Source of the DNA: Flavobacteriaceae bacterium
Lineage (GTDB): Bacteria; Bacteroidota; Bacteroidia; Flavobacteriales; Flavobacteriaceae
Length of the DNA: 64,000 nt
Assembly: GCA_035307105.1 (NCBI GenBank)
Contig: DATGMW010000181.1
Span: forward strand, 3,706-67,705
Direction: 5' to 3'
Shown here: positions 46,269-56,281 of the stretch, in pieces
How the letters are laid out: the number at the start of each line of letters is the position of its first letter
How positions within the stretch are numbered: the first letter of the stretch is position 1
The notes under the pieces: model-generated
The model's database searches: none
What the model saw: only the letters and a program-made list of their open reading frames with translations
What the model was told of the DNA's origin: nothing
Made by a program: the position numbers and the translations under genes

Positions 46269-49200
46269 ATGAATAAAAGTCTATTTCACATACTGTTCAG
46301 CCTGCTCATAACTACTAGTTCTTGGGCACAAATTCAGAAGAGCTTCACTACTAACTGGGAGCCTGGCATTGTTCAAGATGCTTCCAAAGCTATGGGCAGC
46401 AGCGCAAGCAGACCCGCATTTAGCAAAGAAAGTAAAGAGGAATCCTTGCGCCCATCGGCCTTTCATAGATTAAGTCGCGAGAACATAGAGGTAAGCGAAA
46501 CATGGGTAGATCAAAACATAGCCGATCCAAGCTCTGTTCGATTAGAAAACCTTAGATATGAAGCCTTAACTACGGAGGAGCTAAATAAGTTAAACAAAAG
46601 TGCCGTCCCTAGTCAACTCACCTACAAGATAGAAACTTCTAGAGGTCGAGACCAGCTTTACACCACTTTGACCTATAGCCCTATTATAAATCGCAACGGG
46701 ACCTATAGTAAAATAGTTTCATTTAATCTAAACTACAATTACAACCCCTCCAATAGAACCACATACAATGCAAGTAATTATACTATAGAGGCAAATTCCA
46801 TATTTGCTTCTGGGACGTGGTATAAATTTAAAGTAGAAAAGTCTGGCATACATAAAATAGACGGAAATTTTCTCTCCAGAATAGGAATAGACCTACAGAA
46901 TGTAACGCCTAGCCAAATAAAAATATACGGGCATGGTGGAGATGCGCTTCCGCTAGCAAATGAAGCAAATGCCCCTATAGACCCGCCACAGATCGCATTG
47001 AAAGTAGTAGCGAATAGCAGCAGTAGGTTTGACAATTCGGACTATATTTTATTTTATGCAGAAGGAACTAGAACCTATAATGAAGAGAACGATAGCCACA
47101 TCAATCCTTATAGCGACGAGAGCTATTATTACATCACCGTAGAAGGAGAGCCAGGATTACGCATCCAAAACATGCAAGAGCCATCTGGAAATGCTTCGGA
47201 GATTATCACTACCTACCATAGTGCCCAATTTCATGAGGAGGATGACTTTTCGCCTGCTAAAGTAGGTAGACGTTGGTTTGGAAATAGATTTGACATTCAA
47301 AACCAACAAAATTTCGATTTCAACTTTTCAGATATAGTTCTAGGCAGCGAATATACGGTTACCATTAAAACTGGAGCGGTATCTTCCTCCTCTACCTCCA
47401 TGCGGATAGATCTAAATGGACAAGAGAATCACATGCTCACCTACTCTCCAATCAACGATCCTGTATTCCTTGTAACACGAGACTTAGAAGAGACCTTAGC
47501 TGCAAGCAGTAATAATTTTCAAGTGACAATGCAGTACAACAATAATGGAAATCCTTCTAGTACAGCTTATATTGATTACATTAGAATAGAAGCCTTGGAG
47601 CATTTAAAAGGTAAAAACGAACAGTTCCTATTCAACAACAAGGAAGTAAAAAACATGTTTGGTATTGGAGAATATCGCATGAGCAACGCACAAAACATAA
47701 GTGAAGTTTGGGATATAACCGATTGGCAGAACATTCAGAGTAAACAGAACAATGGTTCTAGCAATTTGCAGTGGAAAACCAACTTAGGAGAAACGCGACA
47801 GTATATAGCTGTGCATGCTAATGATTACTACGAGCCAATAGCTGCAGAAAATCCTATGGTACGAAATCAAAATATAAAAGGAACTATCCTACGAGATTCG
47901 CAAGGGAACTTTAAAGATATAGACTATCTAATAATCACTTCCCCAAAGCTTGTACAGCCAGCTATTCGATTGGCCAACCATCATATAGCTGTAAACAACC
48001 TAAACGTAAAGGTACTCACCACCGACGATATTTATCAGGAGTTCAGTTCTGGAAAACAAGACATAGCAGCCATTCGAAACTTGGTGCGATATGTTTACAA
48101 CAATGCCTCTACCCCAGGCAACCGAGTAAAATACCTAGCTTTATTTGGCGACACATCGGTAGATTATAAAACCCGTTGGGAAAACAACAACAATATTGTT
48201 CCCACTTTCCACACCGTGCAGAGCACCAGTAATTATAGCTCTTATATGTCCGACGACTTTTTTGGCATGTTGGACAACAATGAAGGGAGCATGGCACCTA
48301 GCGACAAGCTAGACCTCGCCGTAGGAAGGATTATAGCAGACGAAGTAAGCCTAGCAAATGCTATGGTAGACAAAGCCATTAACTATCAAAAAGAAGCGTC
48401 CTTCGGAAGTTGGAGAAATAACATCATTACGATTTCCGATGATGTGGACAAAACCTATGAGTTCGAATCCATTCAAAGAACTCTCAACAACTTAAGCGAC
48501 GAAATATCTGAGAAGAAACCAGCATTCAACGTCAAGAAGATTCTTGCAGATTCTTATGTACAGCAAACTTCTGCGGGTGGAAACCGATATCCAGACGTAA
48601 ATAAAGCGATTACGGAAGCCATAGAAGTGGGTGGACTCGTAGTGAATTATTTTGGACACGGAGGAGAGGATGGTTTGGCACATGAGTTTATTTATACGCA
48701 AAACGATGCCAATAACCTAAACAACACCAATCGCTACCCGCTGTTTATAACCGTTACTTGCGAATTTACCAAGTTCGATTATCCACAGCGAATTACTGCT
48801 GGCGAACTCACCTACTGGAATCCTAGAGGTGGTGCCGTATCCCTCATAACAACAACAAGAGCCATAAGTGTTTCTTTGGGTGTGGAGTTTAATTTAATAA
48901 TGACTCCAGAGATATTCGGATACGATACCTTTGATTACAATACACCTGCTGAGGCATTACGAAGATCAAAAAACGTGATTGGCGATAGACTAAGACGTGT
49001 GGTTTTCTATATTGGCGATCCAGCGATGCATTTAGCACAAGCAAAACCAAGCGTTGCCTTGACTCAAATAAACGACACACCAATCAGCAATGCAAGCAAT
49101 ACACCAATTGAAGCATTAGGAAAAGTAAAGCTATCTGGAATTGTAACCGACGAAAACGGAAACCAACTGTCCAACTATAATGGTATCCTAGAAACCAAGG

Positions 49201-50150
49201 TGTTCGACAAAGAAATAGACCGAACTACATTAGGGAATGATGGTACTAGAAACAGTGCCGGGGAGTTATTGATTCTGGATTTCATCACTTTAGGTGAGAT
49301 TATTTTTAACGGACAAGCAACGGTAAACAATGGGGCTTTCGACATAGAGTTTATTGCACCTAGGGATATTCGATCAGAATTGGGTAATGGACGGATAAGC
49401 TTTTATACAAAACGAGATGGCGTATTGGAAGATCGAACGGGCTATAACAATAGCATTCAGGTAGGAGGCATAAACGAGAATGCTGCGGACGACAGCCAAG
49501 GGCCAGAAATTCAATTGTATTTTAATGATGAAACTTTTGCGCCTGGTGCTACTACGAACAACTCTCCTATTCTTATAGCCAAGCTAGAGGACGACAGCGG
49601 AATAAACACCTCTAGTGGAATTGGGCATGATATTTTAGCATTTTTAGATGGCGATGAATCCAATCCGATAAAGCTTAATGAATATTATCAATCCGATGTG
49701 GATGACTACACCAAAGGCAGCTTACAATATCAATTCAAAGACCTAGAAGAAGGACTACATACGCTAAAGCTAAAAGCTTGGGATGTATACAACAACTCTT
49801 CTACTTCTGAAATTGAATTTGTAGTAGCCGAGAATGACAACTTAGAAATAACCCGTGTATTGAATTATCCGAATCCGTTTGTAAATTACACCGAGTTTTG
49901 GTTTGAGCACAATCGTCCGTACGAGCCGTTGGATGTTCAAGTTCAAGTACTTACTGTTACTGGAAAAATAGTTTGGTCTACCAACCAGCTAATCACCACG
50001 GATGGGTTTTTATCTAGAGACATTATCTGGGATGGTAGAGATGATTTTGGCGATCGAATAGGAAAAGGCGTCTACATATATAAGATTTCAGTTAAATCTA
50101 CGTTAACTAACCAGAGAACCGAAAAATTTGAAAAACTGGTTATCCTTTAA
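46269..50150 (+). CDS. porU: Type IX secretion system sortase PorU (C25-like peptidase)
   Basis: 1293 aa with a signal peptide (TSSWAQ), a gingipain/C25-like central region (YLALFGD ... NYFGHGGEDG ... TVTCEF), and its own T9SS-type C-terminal domain (VLNYPNPF ... GVYIYKISV). Directly upstream of porV. Confidence 0.88.
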   Translation: MNKSLFHILFSLLITTSSWAQIQKSFTTNWEPGIVQDASKAMGSSASRPAFSKESKEESLRPSAFHRLSRENIEVSETWVDQNIADPSSVRLENLRYEALTTEELNKLNKSAVPSQLTYKIETSRGRDQLYTTLTYSPIINRNGTYSKIVSFNLNYNYNPSNRTTYNASNYTIEANSIFASGTWYKFKVEKSGIHKIDGNFLSRIGIDLQNVTPSQIKIYGHGGDALPLANEANAPIDPPQIALKVVANSSSRFDNSDYILFYAEGTRTYNEENDSHINPYSDESYYYITVEGEPGLRIQNMQEPSGNASEIITTYHSAQFHEEDDFSPAKVGRRWFGNRFDIQNQQNFDFNFSDIVLGSEYTVTIKTGAVSSSSTSMRIDLNGQENHMLTYSPINDPVFLVTRDLEETLAASSNNFQVTMQYNNNGNPSSTAYIDYIRIEALEHLKGKNEQFLFNNKEVKNMFGIGEYRMSNAQNISEVWDITDWQNIQSKQNNGSSNLQWKTNLGETRQYIAVHANDYYEPIAAENPMVRNQNIKGTILRDSQGNFKDIDYLIITSPKLVQPAIRLANHHIAVNNLNVKVLTTDDIYQEFSSGKQDIAAIRNLVRYVYNNASTPGNRVKYLALFGDTSVDYKTRWENNNNIVPTFHTVQSTSNYSSYMSDDFFGMLDNNEGSMAPSDKLDLAVGRIIADEVSLANAMVDKAINYQKEASFGSWRNNIITISDDVDKTYEFESIQRTLNNLSDEISEKKPAFNVKKILADSYVQQTSAGGNRYPDVNKAITEAIEVGGLVVNYFGHGGEDGLAHEFIYTQNDANNLNNTNRYPLFITVTCEFTKFDYPQRITAGELTYWNPRGGAVSLITTTRAISVSLGVEFNLIMTPEIFGYDTFDYNTPAEALRRSKNVIGDRLRRVVFYIGDPAMHLAQAKPSVALTQINDTPISNASNTPIEALGKVKLSGIVTDENGNQLSNYNGILETKVFDKEIDRTTLGNDGTRNSAGELLILDFITLGEIIFNGQATVNNGAFDIEFIAPRDIRSELGNGRISFYTKRDGVLEDRTGYNNSIQVGGINENAADDSQGPEIQLYFNDETFAPGATTNNSPILIAKLEDDSGINTSSGIGHDILAFLDGDESNPIKLNEYYQSDVDDYTKGSLQYQFKDLEEGLHTLKLKAWDVYNNSSTSEIEFVVAENDNLEITRVLNYPNPFVNYTEFWFEHNRPYEPLDVQVQVLTVTGKIVWSTNQLITTDGFLSRDIIWDGRDDFGDRIGKGVYIYKISVKSTLTNQRTEKFEKLVIL

Positions 50151-50160
50151 TAATTAAAAT

Positions 50161-50168
50161 TATATTTG
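50161..50168 (+). promoter_or_regulatory. Bacteroidota -7 promoter box (TATATTTG) upstream of porV
   Basis: Matches TAnnTTTG in the 35-nt porU-porV gap; 17 nt lie between the motif and the ATG. Confidence 0.4.
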
Positions 50169-50185
50169 CTAAAACAATTTTTACT

Positions 50186-51343
50186 ATGAAGAAATACATT
50201 GTATTCACGCTACTTGCCATGACTGGACTAAAAGCTATGGCTCAAGGGCCCAAGAGAGCAATAACCACTGCGGTACCTTTTCTCTCGATAGCAGCAGACC
50301 CAAGATCGGCAGCAATGGGCGATATGGGGGTAGCAACCTCTACCGATGCCTTTGCACAGCAGTGGAACCCAGCAAAGCTTGTTTTCTCTGAATCTAAACA
50401 AGGAATAGGACTTACTTATACTCCTTACTTAAGCAAGCTGGTAAACGACATATTCCTTGGAAACATATCTTATTACAACAGACTAAATGAACGAAGTGCT
50501 GTAGGAGCAAGCTTACGTTACTTTAGTAATGGCGAGATAGAGCTTAGAGAGTCTTTTGATAGCCCTGCATTTATTGCTAAACCCAATGAGTTAGCCTTAG
50601 ATATTTCCTATTCACTACGCCTAAGCGATGAGTTTGCTATGGCCATAGCCGGACGTTATATTCATTCGGACTTAAAACTACAATCTGGGTTTGACGATGC
50701 CTCGGCAGCAAACTCTCTGGCAGTAGACATTGCTGGATACTACCAAAGCCCTACACAAGTACATGAAAAGTTTGATGGGAGATGGAGAGCTGGATTCAAT
50801 ATCTCTAACTTAGGTCCTAAAATGAAATACGACAATAGAACGGATGGTGCTTTCCTACCTACCAATCTTGGTGTAGGTGTTGGATATGATTTTATTTTGG
50901 ATGCACACAACAAAGTAGGTGTTACGGCGGAGTTCAACAAACTACTAGTACCTACCCCACCAGAACTGATAGATGGTGAAATCGATGAGAACCGCAGAAA
51001 AATAGACGATTACAATGATATTGGATGGTTTTCTGGAGTATTTAAATCCTTTGGCGATGCACCAGATGGGTTTAGTGAAGAGATGAAGGAGTTCACATGG
51101 GCACTAGGTGCAGAATACTGGTATGACGATGTGTTTGCACTTCGTGCAGGATACTTTAATGAGAGTGAAGAGAAAGGTGCTAGAGAGTTCTTTTCTTTAG
51201 GAGCAGGATTCAAATACACTACCATCAATTTAGATGTGTCTTACTTGTTCTCCACATCTAAAACCAATAACCCTCTAGAAGGAACCTTGCGTTTTGGATT
51301 GACCTTTAACTTCGGAGACGGAGCGTTCAAGGAAAACAACTAA
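50186..51343 (+). CDS. porV: Type IX secretion outer-membrane shuttle protein PorV (LptO)
   Basis: Signal peptide. N-terminal ITTAVPFLSIAADPRSAAMGDMGVATS is typical of PorV. FadL-like beta-barrel size (385 aa) and C-terminal aromatic residues (GLTFNF). Confidence 0.88.
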   Translation: MKKYIVFTLLAMTGLKAMAQGPKRAITTAVPFLSIAADPRSAAMGDMGVATSTDAFAQQWNPAKLVFSESKQGIGLTYTPYLSKLVNDIFLGNISYYNRLNERSAVGASLRYFSNGEIELRESFDSPAFIAKPNELALDISYSLRLSDEFAMAIAGRYIHSDLKLQSGFDDASAANSLAVDIAGYYQSPTQVHEKFDGRWRAGFNISNLGPKMKYDNRTDGAFLPTNLGVGVGYDFILDAHNKVGVTAEFNKLLVPTPPELIDGEIDENRRKIDDYNDIGWFSGVFKSFGDAPDGFSEEMKEFTWALGAEYWYDDVFALRAGYFNESEEKGAREFFSLGAGFKYTTINLDVSYLFSTSKTNNPLEGTLRFGLTFNFGDGAFKENN

Positions 51344-51367
51344 TATGTTTTAAACACTATTATAATT

Positions 51368-51450
51368 AATAGTGATGTAAAAATAAACTTTTTGGATCTT
51401 GACTAGAGATTCATATTACAAGTCTTATTTTTACATCACTATTTTTTTGC
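51368..51450 (+). terminator. Perfect 19-bp inverted repeat followed by a T-run (terminator-like, or a MITE-like element) between porV and cdd
   Basis: AATAGTGATGTAAAAATAA (51368..51386) pairs perfectly with TTATTTTTACATCACTATT (51425..51443). The loop is 38 nt, and a T-run reaches to 3 nt before the cdd ATG. Confidence 0.6.
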
Positions 51451-51451
51451 T

Positions 51452-51934
51452 ATGAAAAAAACCTTTCAATTTAGTTACATACAGTACGACAGCTTAGACA
51501 AAGCTCCAAAGGAGATCCAAAGCCTTATGGCTAAGGCGCAAGAAGTAAGAGAGAAAGCCCATGCGCCCTACTCTAAATTCTTGGTAGGAGCTGCGATTCT
51601 AGACAGCGAAGGAAATGTATACGTAGGAAACAATCAGGAGAATGCTGCATACCCTTCTGGTTTATGTGCAGAGCGGGTTGCTATATTTCACGCAGGAGCA
51701 ATAAATCCTAATGCTATCTTTACGGATTTAGCAGTAACCGTTCGTTCATTGAACAAGAAGATAGACTACCCTACTTCTCCTTGTGGCGCATGTAGACAGT
51801 CACTGGCTGAATATGAAACAAAACAAAAGCAAGGTATTCGCATTCACTTTATGGGGGAAGAAGGCCCTATAGTACAAGTAGACTCTATAAAAGATCTGCT
51901 TCCTTTCTTGTTTGACGGTAGTTCCTTAATATAA
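51452..51934 (+). CDS. cdd: Cytidine deaminase
   Basis: Zinc-binding motifs CAERVAI and PCGACRQ. Confidence 0.93.
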   Translation: MKKTFQFSYIQYDSLDKAPKEIQSLMAKAQEVREKAHAPYSKFLVGAAILDSEGNVYVGNNQENAAYPSGLCAERVAIFHAGAINPNAIFTDLAVTVRSLNKKIDYPTSPCGACRQSLAEYETKQKQGIRIHFMGEEGPIVQVDSIKDLLPFLFDGSSLI

Positions 51935-52518
51935 TGCTACACGCAAGATTACAAGCTGGAAGACTAGAATGTGGCACCGATGAGGCTGGCAGAGGCTGCT
52001 TGGCAGGTCCTGTAACGGCAGCGGCTATCATTTTGCCAGAAGACTTCACCCATCCCCTACTTAACGACTCTAAAGCGCTAACTGCTAAGCAACGTATGAC
52101 GATAGAACCGGTTCTTAAGGAAGCAGCCATTAGCTATGCCGTAGTTCATGTGGATAATAACAAAATTGACAAGATAAATATTCTTCAATCTGCTGTTTTG
52201 GCTATGCATCTAGCTATTGAAAAGCTAGATTTAGAACCAGAATTTATCGCCGTAGACGGAAACTACTTTAAAGACTTCCCAAAGATCGAACATGAATGCG
52301 TAGTAAAAGGAGATGCCAAGTTCCTTCATATCGCCGCAGCTTCAATTCTAGCAAAGAACGCTAGAGATCGCTTTATGGCAGAAATTGGGAAGGAATACCC
52401 GGAATATGGATGGGAAAAAAATAAAGGATACCCTACGAAAGCACATCGCCAAGCGATTGCTAATATGGGACCCAGCCCATATCATAGAATATCCTTTAAG
52501 CTCTTACCAGACAAATAA
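51934..52518 (+). CDS. rnhB: Ribonuclease HII
   Basis: Motif GTDEAGRGCLAGPV; TAATG overlap with cdd. Confidence 0.93.
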   Translation: MLHARLQAGRLECGTDEAGRGCLAGPVTAAAIILPEDFTHPLLNDSKALTAKQRMTIEPVLKEAAISYAVVHVDNNKIDKINILQSAVLAMHLAIEKLDLEPEFIAVDGNYFKDFPKIEHECVVKGDAKFLHIAAASILAKNARDRFMAEIGKEYPEYGWEKNKGYPTKAHRQAIANMGPSPYHRISFKLLPDK

Positions 52519-52542
52519 AAAAGCCTGGATCAATATATCCTC

Positions 52543-53433
52543 TTAGTTAGCGCTTTCTACAACCAGTTCTGCTAACATTCTTTTTACCTCTTCTAACTTC
52601 CCTATATTCGAATCCATTTGGTGACGGTCCTTTATAGTATTCAAGTTTGTATAAGAAACTTTAACTCTATTGTTCTCGTCCTCCCATACTAAAATCCTAA
52701 GAGGTAAATCGATTGTAGACAGTTGATGACGATCTACCATATTTGCTTCTAACTCTCCAGTAGTAAACAACAACACTCTATTGGCACGAATATTTACGCC
52801 AACGGAAAGCGCATTCAACTGATGGTCTACATCTGCTATTAAATCCATTTCTGGATTATCGGCAATAGCATTGCGTAAATGATTAAATACTTGATTAAAG
52901 GAATGCGTACTAGAAACCGTTATAGTATTTATTCCTGCAAACGCAGTTTCGTTCTTCAACGTCATATTTCCCGCTACATTCGATGCGATTTGAGACAGGG
53001 AGTATTCCATATTCTGCACCGCTCCCGTATTGTTTAAGCCATACATTCTGCTCAGGTACTCTACATTGTTATAAGCTACTAGCACATACCTATCCCGATC
53101 CTCGTAGGTTAACATACGTGATGGAAATTCTATTCCTATTTCTGGGGTTTCTTGGATTAGCATCGCCTCTAAAGACGGGTTGCTAAACAAGATCATTTTA
53201 GTTTCTCTACTTCGCCTTCTATACGATTCAGCATACTTCTTAAAGTCTATTTCTTTATGAAACTGATAGTTTGCTTGCTGTATGTTTGTTCGTAAAGCAC
53301 TATAGGTGTTTTTAAAATCAAATTCGCTTTCGGCATAAGCTAAACCAGGCGTATTCGGATAGGTTAATGCCCTATCATCACTACTACAGGATAAAAATAA
53401 AGCTACTACTAATGCACTTAATATAAATCGCAT
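52543..53433 (-). CDS. Lipoprotein with two tandem DUF302-like domains
   Basis: Lipobox (LFLSC). Two repeats each end in a DUF302-like block: ILFSNPSLEAMLIQETPEIGIEFPSRMLTYEDRDRYVLVAYNN and LLFTTGELEANMVDRHQLSTIDLPLRILVWEDENNRVKVSYTN. Confidence 0.7.
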   Translation of the reverse strand: MRFILSALVVALFLSCSSDDRALTYPNTPGLAYAESEFDFKNTYSALRTNIQQANYQFHKEIDFKKYAESYRRRSRETKMILFSNPSLEAMLIQETPEIGIEFPSRMLTYEDRDRYVLVAYNNVEYLSRMYGLNNTGAVQNMEYSLSQIASNVAGNMTLKNETAFAGINTITVSSTHSFNQVFNHLRNAIADNPEMDLIADVDHQLNALSVGVNIRANRVLLFTTGELEANMVDRHQLSTIDLPLRILVWEDENNRVKVSYTNLNTIKDRHQMDSNIGKLEEVKRMLAELVVESAN

Positions 53434-53543
53434 AAAGGTTGTTTTTAAAATTTAACAAGCATACAAAAGTTTAGGCGTAACGCATTGGTTCTTAACAATA
53501 CGTTTCCAATTCCTTTGCAACATCTTATCTAATAACTCCAGTT

Positions 53544-56159
53544 TTAGGAAAATATTTCCTCAAACTCGTTAAAAGCTTTCTCGATGCCTTTTGGCTCCTT
53601 GCCTCCTGCTGTTGCAAAAAACGCTTGGCCTCCTCCACCTCCTTGAATGTGTTTACTCAACTGTCTTATAATAGCTCCAGCATTCCAGTTCTTAGCCGCT
53701 GCTAAATCTTTATCTATATAGCAAGTAAGCGTAACCTTCCCATCTACATCCGAACCAAATAGCATACAGGCATTTTTAACCTCGCCACCCAATTCAAAAG
53801 CCAAATCCTTGATAGAGCTAGCATCCATATCTACTTTTTGGGTAAGCAACTGAATGCCATTCACATCTTTAAATTCAGATTTAAGATGCTGTTTTAAGCT
53901 CTTCGCTTTATCCTTTAACAACTCTTGCACTTGTTTTTCTAAACTAGCATTTCTTTCCTTTAGCTGTTGGATAGCTTCTAGCGGTTCTTTTGTATTGTTT
54001 AAAGACTTCCTCACCTCTTTATACAATGTGTCGTGAACCATAAAGTGCTGTTTTGCTGCATCTGCAGTGATTGCCTCTATACGCCTAACTCCTGCAGCTA
54101 CTGCAGACTCAGAGGTGATAATAAAATGCCAAATGTCATTGGTATTTTCCACATGCGTTCCTCCACAAAGCTCCATAGAGTTTCCAAACTTTATGGTTCG
54201 CACCGTATCGCCATAACGCTCGCCAAATAATGCTACTGCACCTTGGTCAATAGCCATATCGTAAGGAATCATTCGCTGCTCTTCCTGTGCTAGACCTTCA
54301 CGAATTCTAGAATTCACAAAACCTTCGACCCCCTTCAGTTCTTCCTCGGTAAGTTTACTAAAGTGCGAGAAGTCAAAACGCAACGTACGACTATGTACCA
54401 TAGATCCTTTTTGCTCTACGTGATCGCCTAAAACATCTTTTAAAGCCTGATGCAGTAAATGCGTAGCAGTATGGTTGGCCGCCGAACGGAATCGCTGATT
54501 CTTATCGACGATTGCAGCAAACGTATCGTCTAACTTCTCCGGTAAAGTCTTTGTGTAATGTACCGTAAGATTATTTTCTCTTTTGGTATCTTCTATGTAA
54601 TAAATCAATCCATTGGAAGCCTTTAGGTATCCTTTATCTCCTACTTGACCACCTCCTTCTGCGTAGAATGGTGTAAGGTTAAAGACCAGCTGATACATAT
54701 CGCCTTCTTTTTTGTTTGTCACTTTTCTATAACGTACAATACGCACGCTGGTTTCCAGCAAATCATATCCCACGAATTCCTGCTCGTCGTCCTCTCTTAG
54801 CTGTACCCAGTCTCCAGTAACCAACTTTGTTGCTTCTCGCGATCGCTGTCTTTGCTTCTCTAGTTCTTCCTCAAAAACTTTCTCGTCTAGCTTCATTCCT
54901 CTTTCTCGAAGAATTAATGCGGTAAGGTCTATTGGGAAACCGTAGGTGTCGTACAATTCAAAAGCTTTTGCTCCGGATATAACATCTCCTGGCTTTTGCT
55001 GCTTTATAATATTATCTAACAATACCAAGCCTTGCTCTAGCGTACGCAGGAAAGAATTTTCCTCTTCTCGTATTACGTTTACAATCAGGTTTCTTTCTTT
55101 CACCAACTCTGGGAATGCTTCGCCCATCTGACGTAAAAGCACTGGAACTAATTGGTATATAAATGCTTCTTTTTTATTTAAGAATGTAAACCCATAACGC
55201 ACTGCACGACGAAGAATTCTCCGAATCACATATCCAGCACCCGAGTTAGAAGGCAGCTGTCCATCGGCAATAGCAAAAGCTACGGCACGAACGTGATCGG
55301 CTATAACGCGTATGGCTATATCCACCTCTTCTTCTTTTTCGTAGGTGGTAGAGGTTACCGTTTCAATTTCACGGATGATTGGCATAAACACGTCGGTATC
55401 GTAATTGCTCTGTTTGTTTTGCAGAACCATACACAAACGCTCAAAGCCCATTCCCGTATCCACATGTTGCTGTGGGAGTTTTTCTAAACTACCGTCGGCT
55501 TTTCTGTTGAACTGCATGAACACCAAGTTCCATATCTCTACTACTTGAGGATGGTCCATATTCACCAAATCGGCACCGCTTACCTTTGCTTTCTCTTCTG
55601 CACTTCGAATATCCACATGAATCTCGCTACATGGTCCACAAGGTCCTTGTGCGCCCATTTCCCAGAAGTTATCTTCTTTATTTCCTTCTATGATACGATC
55701 TGCAGGAACTAGTTCTCGCCATAAATCATAGGCTTCTTGGTCTCTTTCTAAACCTTCGCTTGGATCACCCTCAAAAATGGATACATATAAACTATCCTTA
55801 TCAATCTCAAAAACATCGGTCAACAACTCCCATGCCCAGGCTATGGCTTCCTTTTTAAAATAATCTCCAAAGCTCCAGTTTCCAAGCATTTCAAACATAG
55901 TATGGTGGTAGGTATCCATTCCCACCTCTTCTAGGTCGTTATGCTTCCCGCTTACGCGCAAGCACTTTTGTGTGTCTGCTATACGCTTATGCTTTATCGG
56001 TTTATTTCCCAAGAAGTATTCCTTAAACGGGACCATTCCAGCATTGGTAAACATCAAGGTTGGGTCTCCTTTTAACACCATAGGTGCAGATGGGACAATG
56101 GTATGTCCTTTAGATTTGAAAAAAGAGAGGTATTGCTCACGAATTTCTTTTGATGTCAT
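53544..56159 (-). CDS. alaS: Alanine--tRNA ligase
   Basis: 871 aa. Class II core, editing-domain motifs HTATHLLH and CGGTH, and a C-terminal DHHA1-like GGGG segment. Confidence 0.97.
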   Translation of the reverse strand: MTSKEIREQYLSFFKSKGHTIVPSAPMVLKGDPTLMFTNAGMVPFKEYFLGNKPIKHKRIADTQKCLRVSGKHNDLEEVGMDTYHHTMFEMLGNWSFGDYFKKEAIAWAWELLTDVFEIDKDSLYVSIFEGDPSEGLERDQEAYDLWRELVPADRIIEGNKEDNFWEMGAQGPCGPCSEIHVDIRSAEEKAKVSGADLVNMDHPQVVEIWNLVFMQFNRKADGSLEKLPQQHVDTGMGFERLCMVLQNKQSNYDTDVFMPIIREIETVTSTTYEKEEEVDIAIRVIADHVRAVAFAIADGQLPSNSGAGYVIRRILRRAVRYGFTFLNKKEAFIYQLVPVLLRQMGEAFPELVKERNLIVNVIREEENSFLRTLEQGLVLLDNIIKQQKPGDVISGAKAFELYDTYGFPIDLTALILRERGMKLDEKVFEEELEKQRQRSREATKLVTGDWVQLREDDEQEFVGYDLLETSVRIVRYRKVTNKKEGDMYQLVFNLTPFYAEGGGQVGDKGYLKASNGLIYYIEDTKRENNLTVHYTKTLPEKLDDTFAAIVDKNQRFRSAANHTATHLLHQALKDVLGDHVEQKGSMVHSRTLRFDFSHFSKLTEEELKGVEGFVNSRIREGLAQEEQRMIPYDMAIDQGAVALFGERYGDTVRTIKFGNSMELCGGTHVENTNDIWHFIITSESAVAAGVRRIEAITADAAKQHFMVHDTLYKEVRKSLNNTKEPLEAIQQLKERNASLEKQVQELLKDKAKSLKQHLKSEFKDVNGIQLLTQKVDMDASSIKDLAFELGGEVKNACMLFGSDVDGKVTLTCYIDKDLAAAKNWNAGAIIRQLSKHIQGGGGGQAFFATAGGKEPKGIEKAFNEFEEIFS

Positions 56160-56213
56160 GTTCTATTTTTTAAACTTAAGTATGCCAATCTCAGTCGGAA
56201 ACAAACAAATAAG

Positions 56214-56221
56214 TATATTTG
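56214..56221 (+). promoter_or_regulatory. Bacteroidota -7 promoter box (TATATTTG) upstream of the M23 peptidase operon
   Basis: Matches TAnnTTTG, 60 nt before the ATG at 56282. Confidence 0.4.
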
Positions 56222-56281
56222 TGTGATGCTTCCATCTGAAACGATTTGTTTCAAGGCACAAAAATAAGGTTTTTTATACGT

